Positions 6,462 to 6,515 of a stretch of 6,515 nucleotides of DNA are shown piece by piece. A program made the translations under genes and the position numbers. Every line of letters starts with the position of its first letter. Position 1 is the stretch's first letter. The stretch is taken from the UHGV virus genome UHGV-1327195. One strand, given 5' to 3'. The DNA comes from a virus. The notes beneath the pieces were generated by a model, which had not been told where the DNA came from, ran no database searches, and saw nothing but the letters and a program-made list of their open reading frames with translations.

Positions 6462-6515
6462 ACCACCATCAAACAGGATTTTCGCCTGCTGGGGCAAACC
6501 AGCGTGGACCGCTTG
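6462..6515 (+). other. lacI: Internal 3' fragment of lacI (vector-derived); translation TTIKQDFRLLGQTSVDRL in the lacI frame, running off the window end. Not a functional repressor gene.
   Basis: Matches the recalled C-terminal region of E. coli lacI (...PPLTTIKQDFRLLGQTSVDRLLQLSQ...). The fragment starts with AAC at 6461, the other half of a GTTAAC site, right after the phage sequence ...CCGATTTCGG. Confidence 0.8.

Noticed and set aside
1-6515. Possibility that the window encodes a novel or undescribed biological system, as the prompt suggests.
   Set aside because: Every segment is accounted for by canonical Ff phage genes and regulatory elements plus lac fragments at both ends; there is no unexplained coding capacity. 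This is a standard engineered M13mp-type vector.
1-6515. Antibiotic resistance gene, plasmid origin or other cargo (as in helper phage or phagemids).
   Set aside because: No reading frame or non-phage segment of sufficient size is present apart from the short lac edges; the only foreign DNA is lac-derived.

Overview
This window is not a novel system. It is almost the whole genome of an Ff filamentous coliphage (M13-type), in the engineered form found in M13mp-series cloning vectors. All eleven phage genes are present on the + strand in canonical order: II (with nested X), V, VII, IX, VIII, III, VI, I (with nested XI) and IV, followed by the intergenic region (packaging signal, minus- and plus-strand origins). 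The two ends of the window are lac-operon DNA from E. coli: the last codons of a lacZ-alpha reading frame at 1..67 and a lacI 3' fragment at 6462..6515. These are the two edges of a blunt lac fragment inserted in the phage intergenic region, so the window is a circular vector opened inside its lac insert. The promoter, operator and polylinker part of that insert is outside the window, so the exact vector (mp18, mp19, etc.) cannot be named. Gene III has a wild-type N-terminus with no display insert, and no antibiotic marker or plasmid origin is present. The six-frame ORFs not listed as features are out-of-frame or antisense overlaps of the known genes. All identifications rest on reading the sequence and on recall of the Ff phage and lac sequences; no database search was run.
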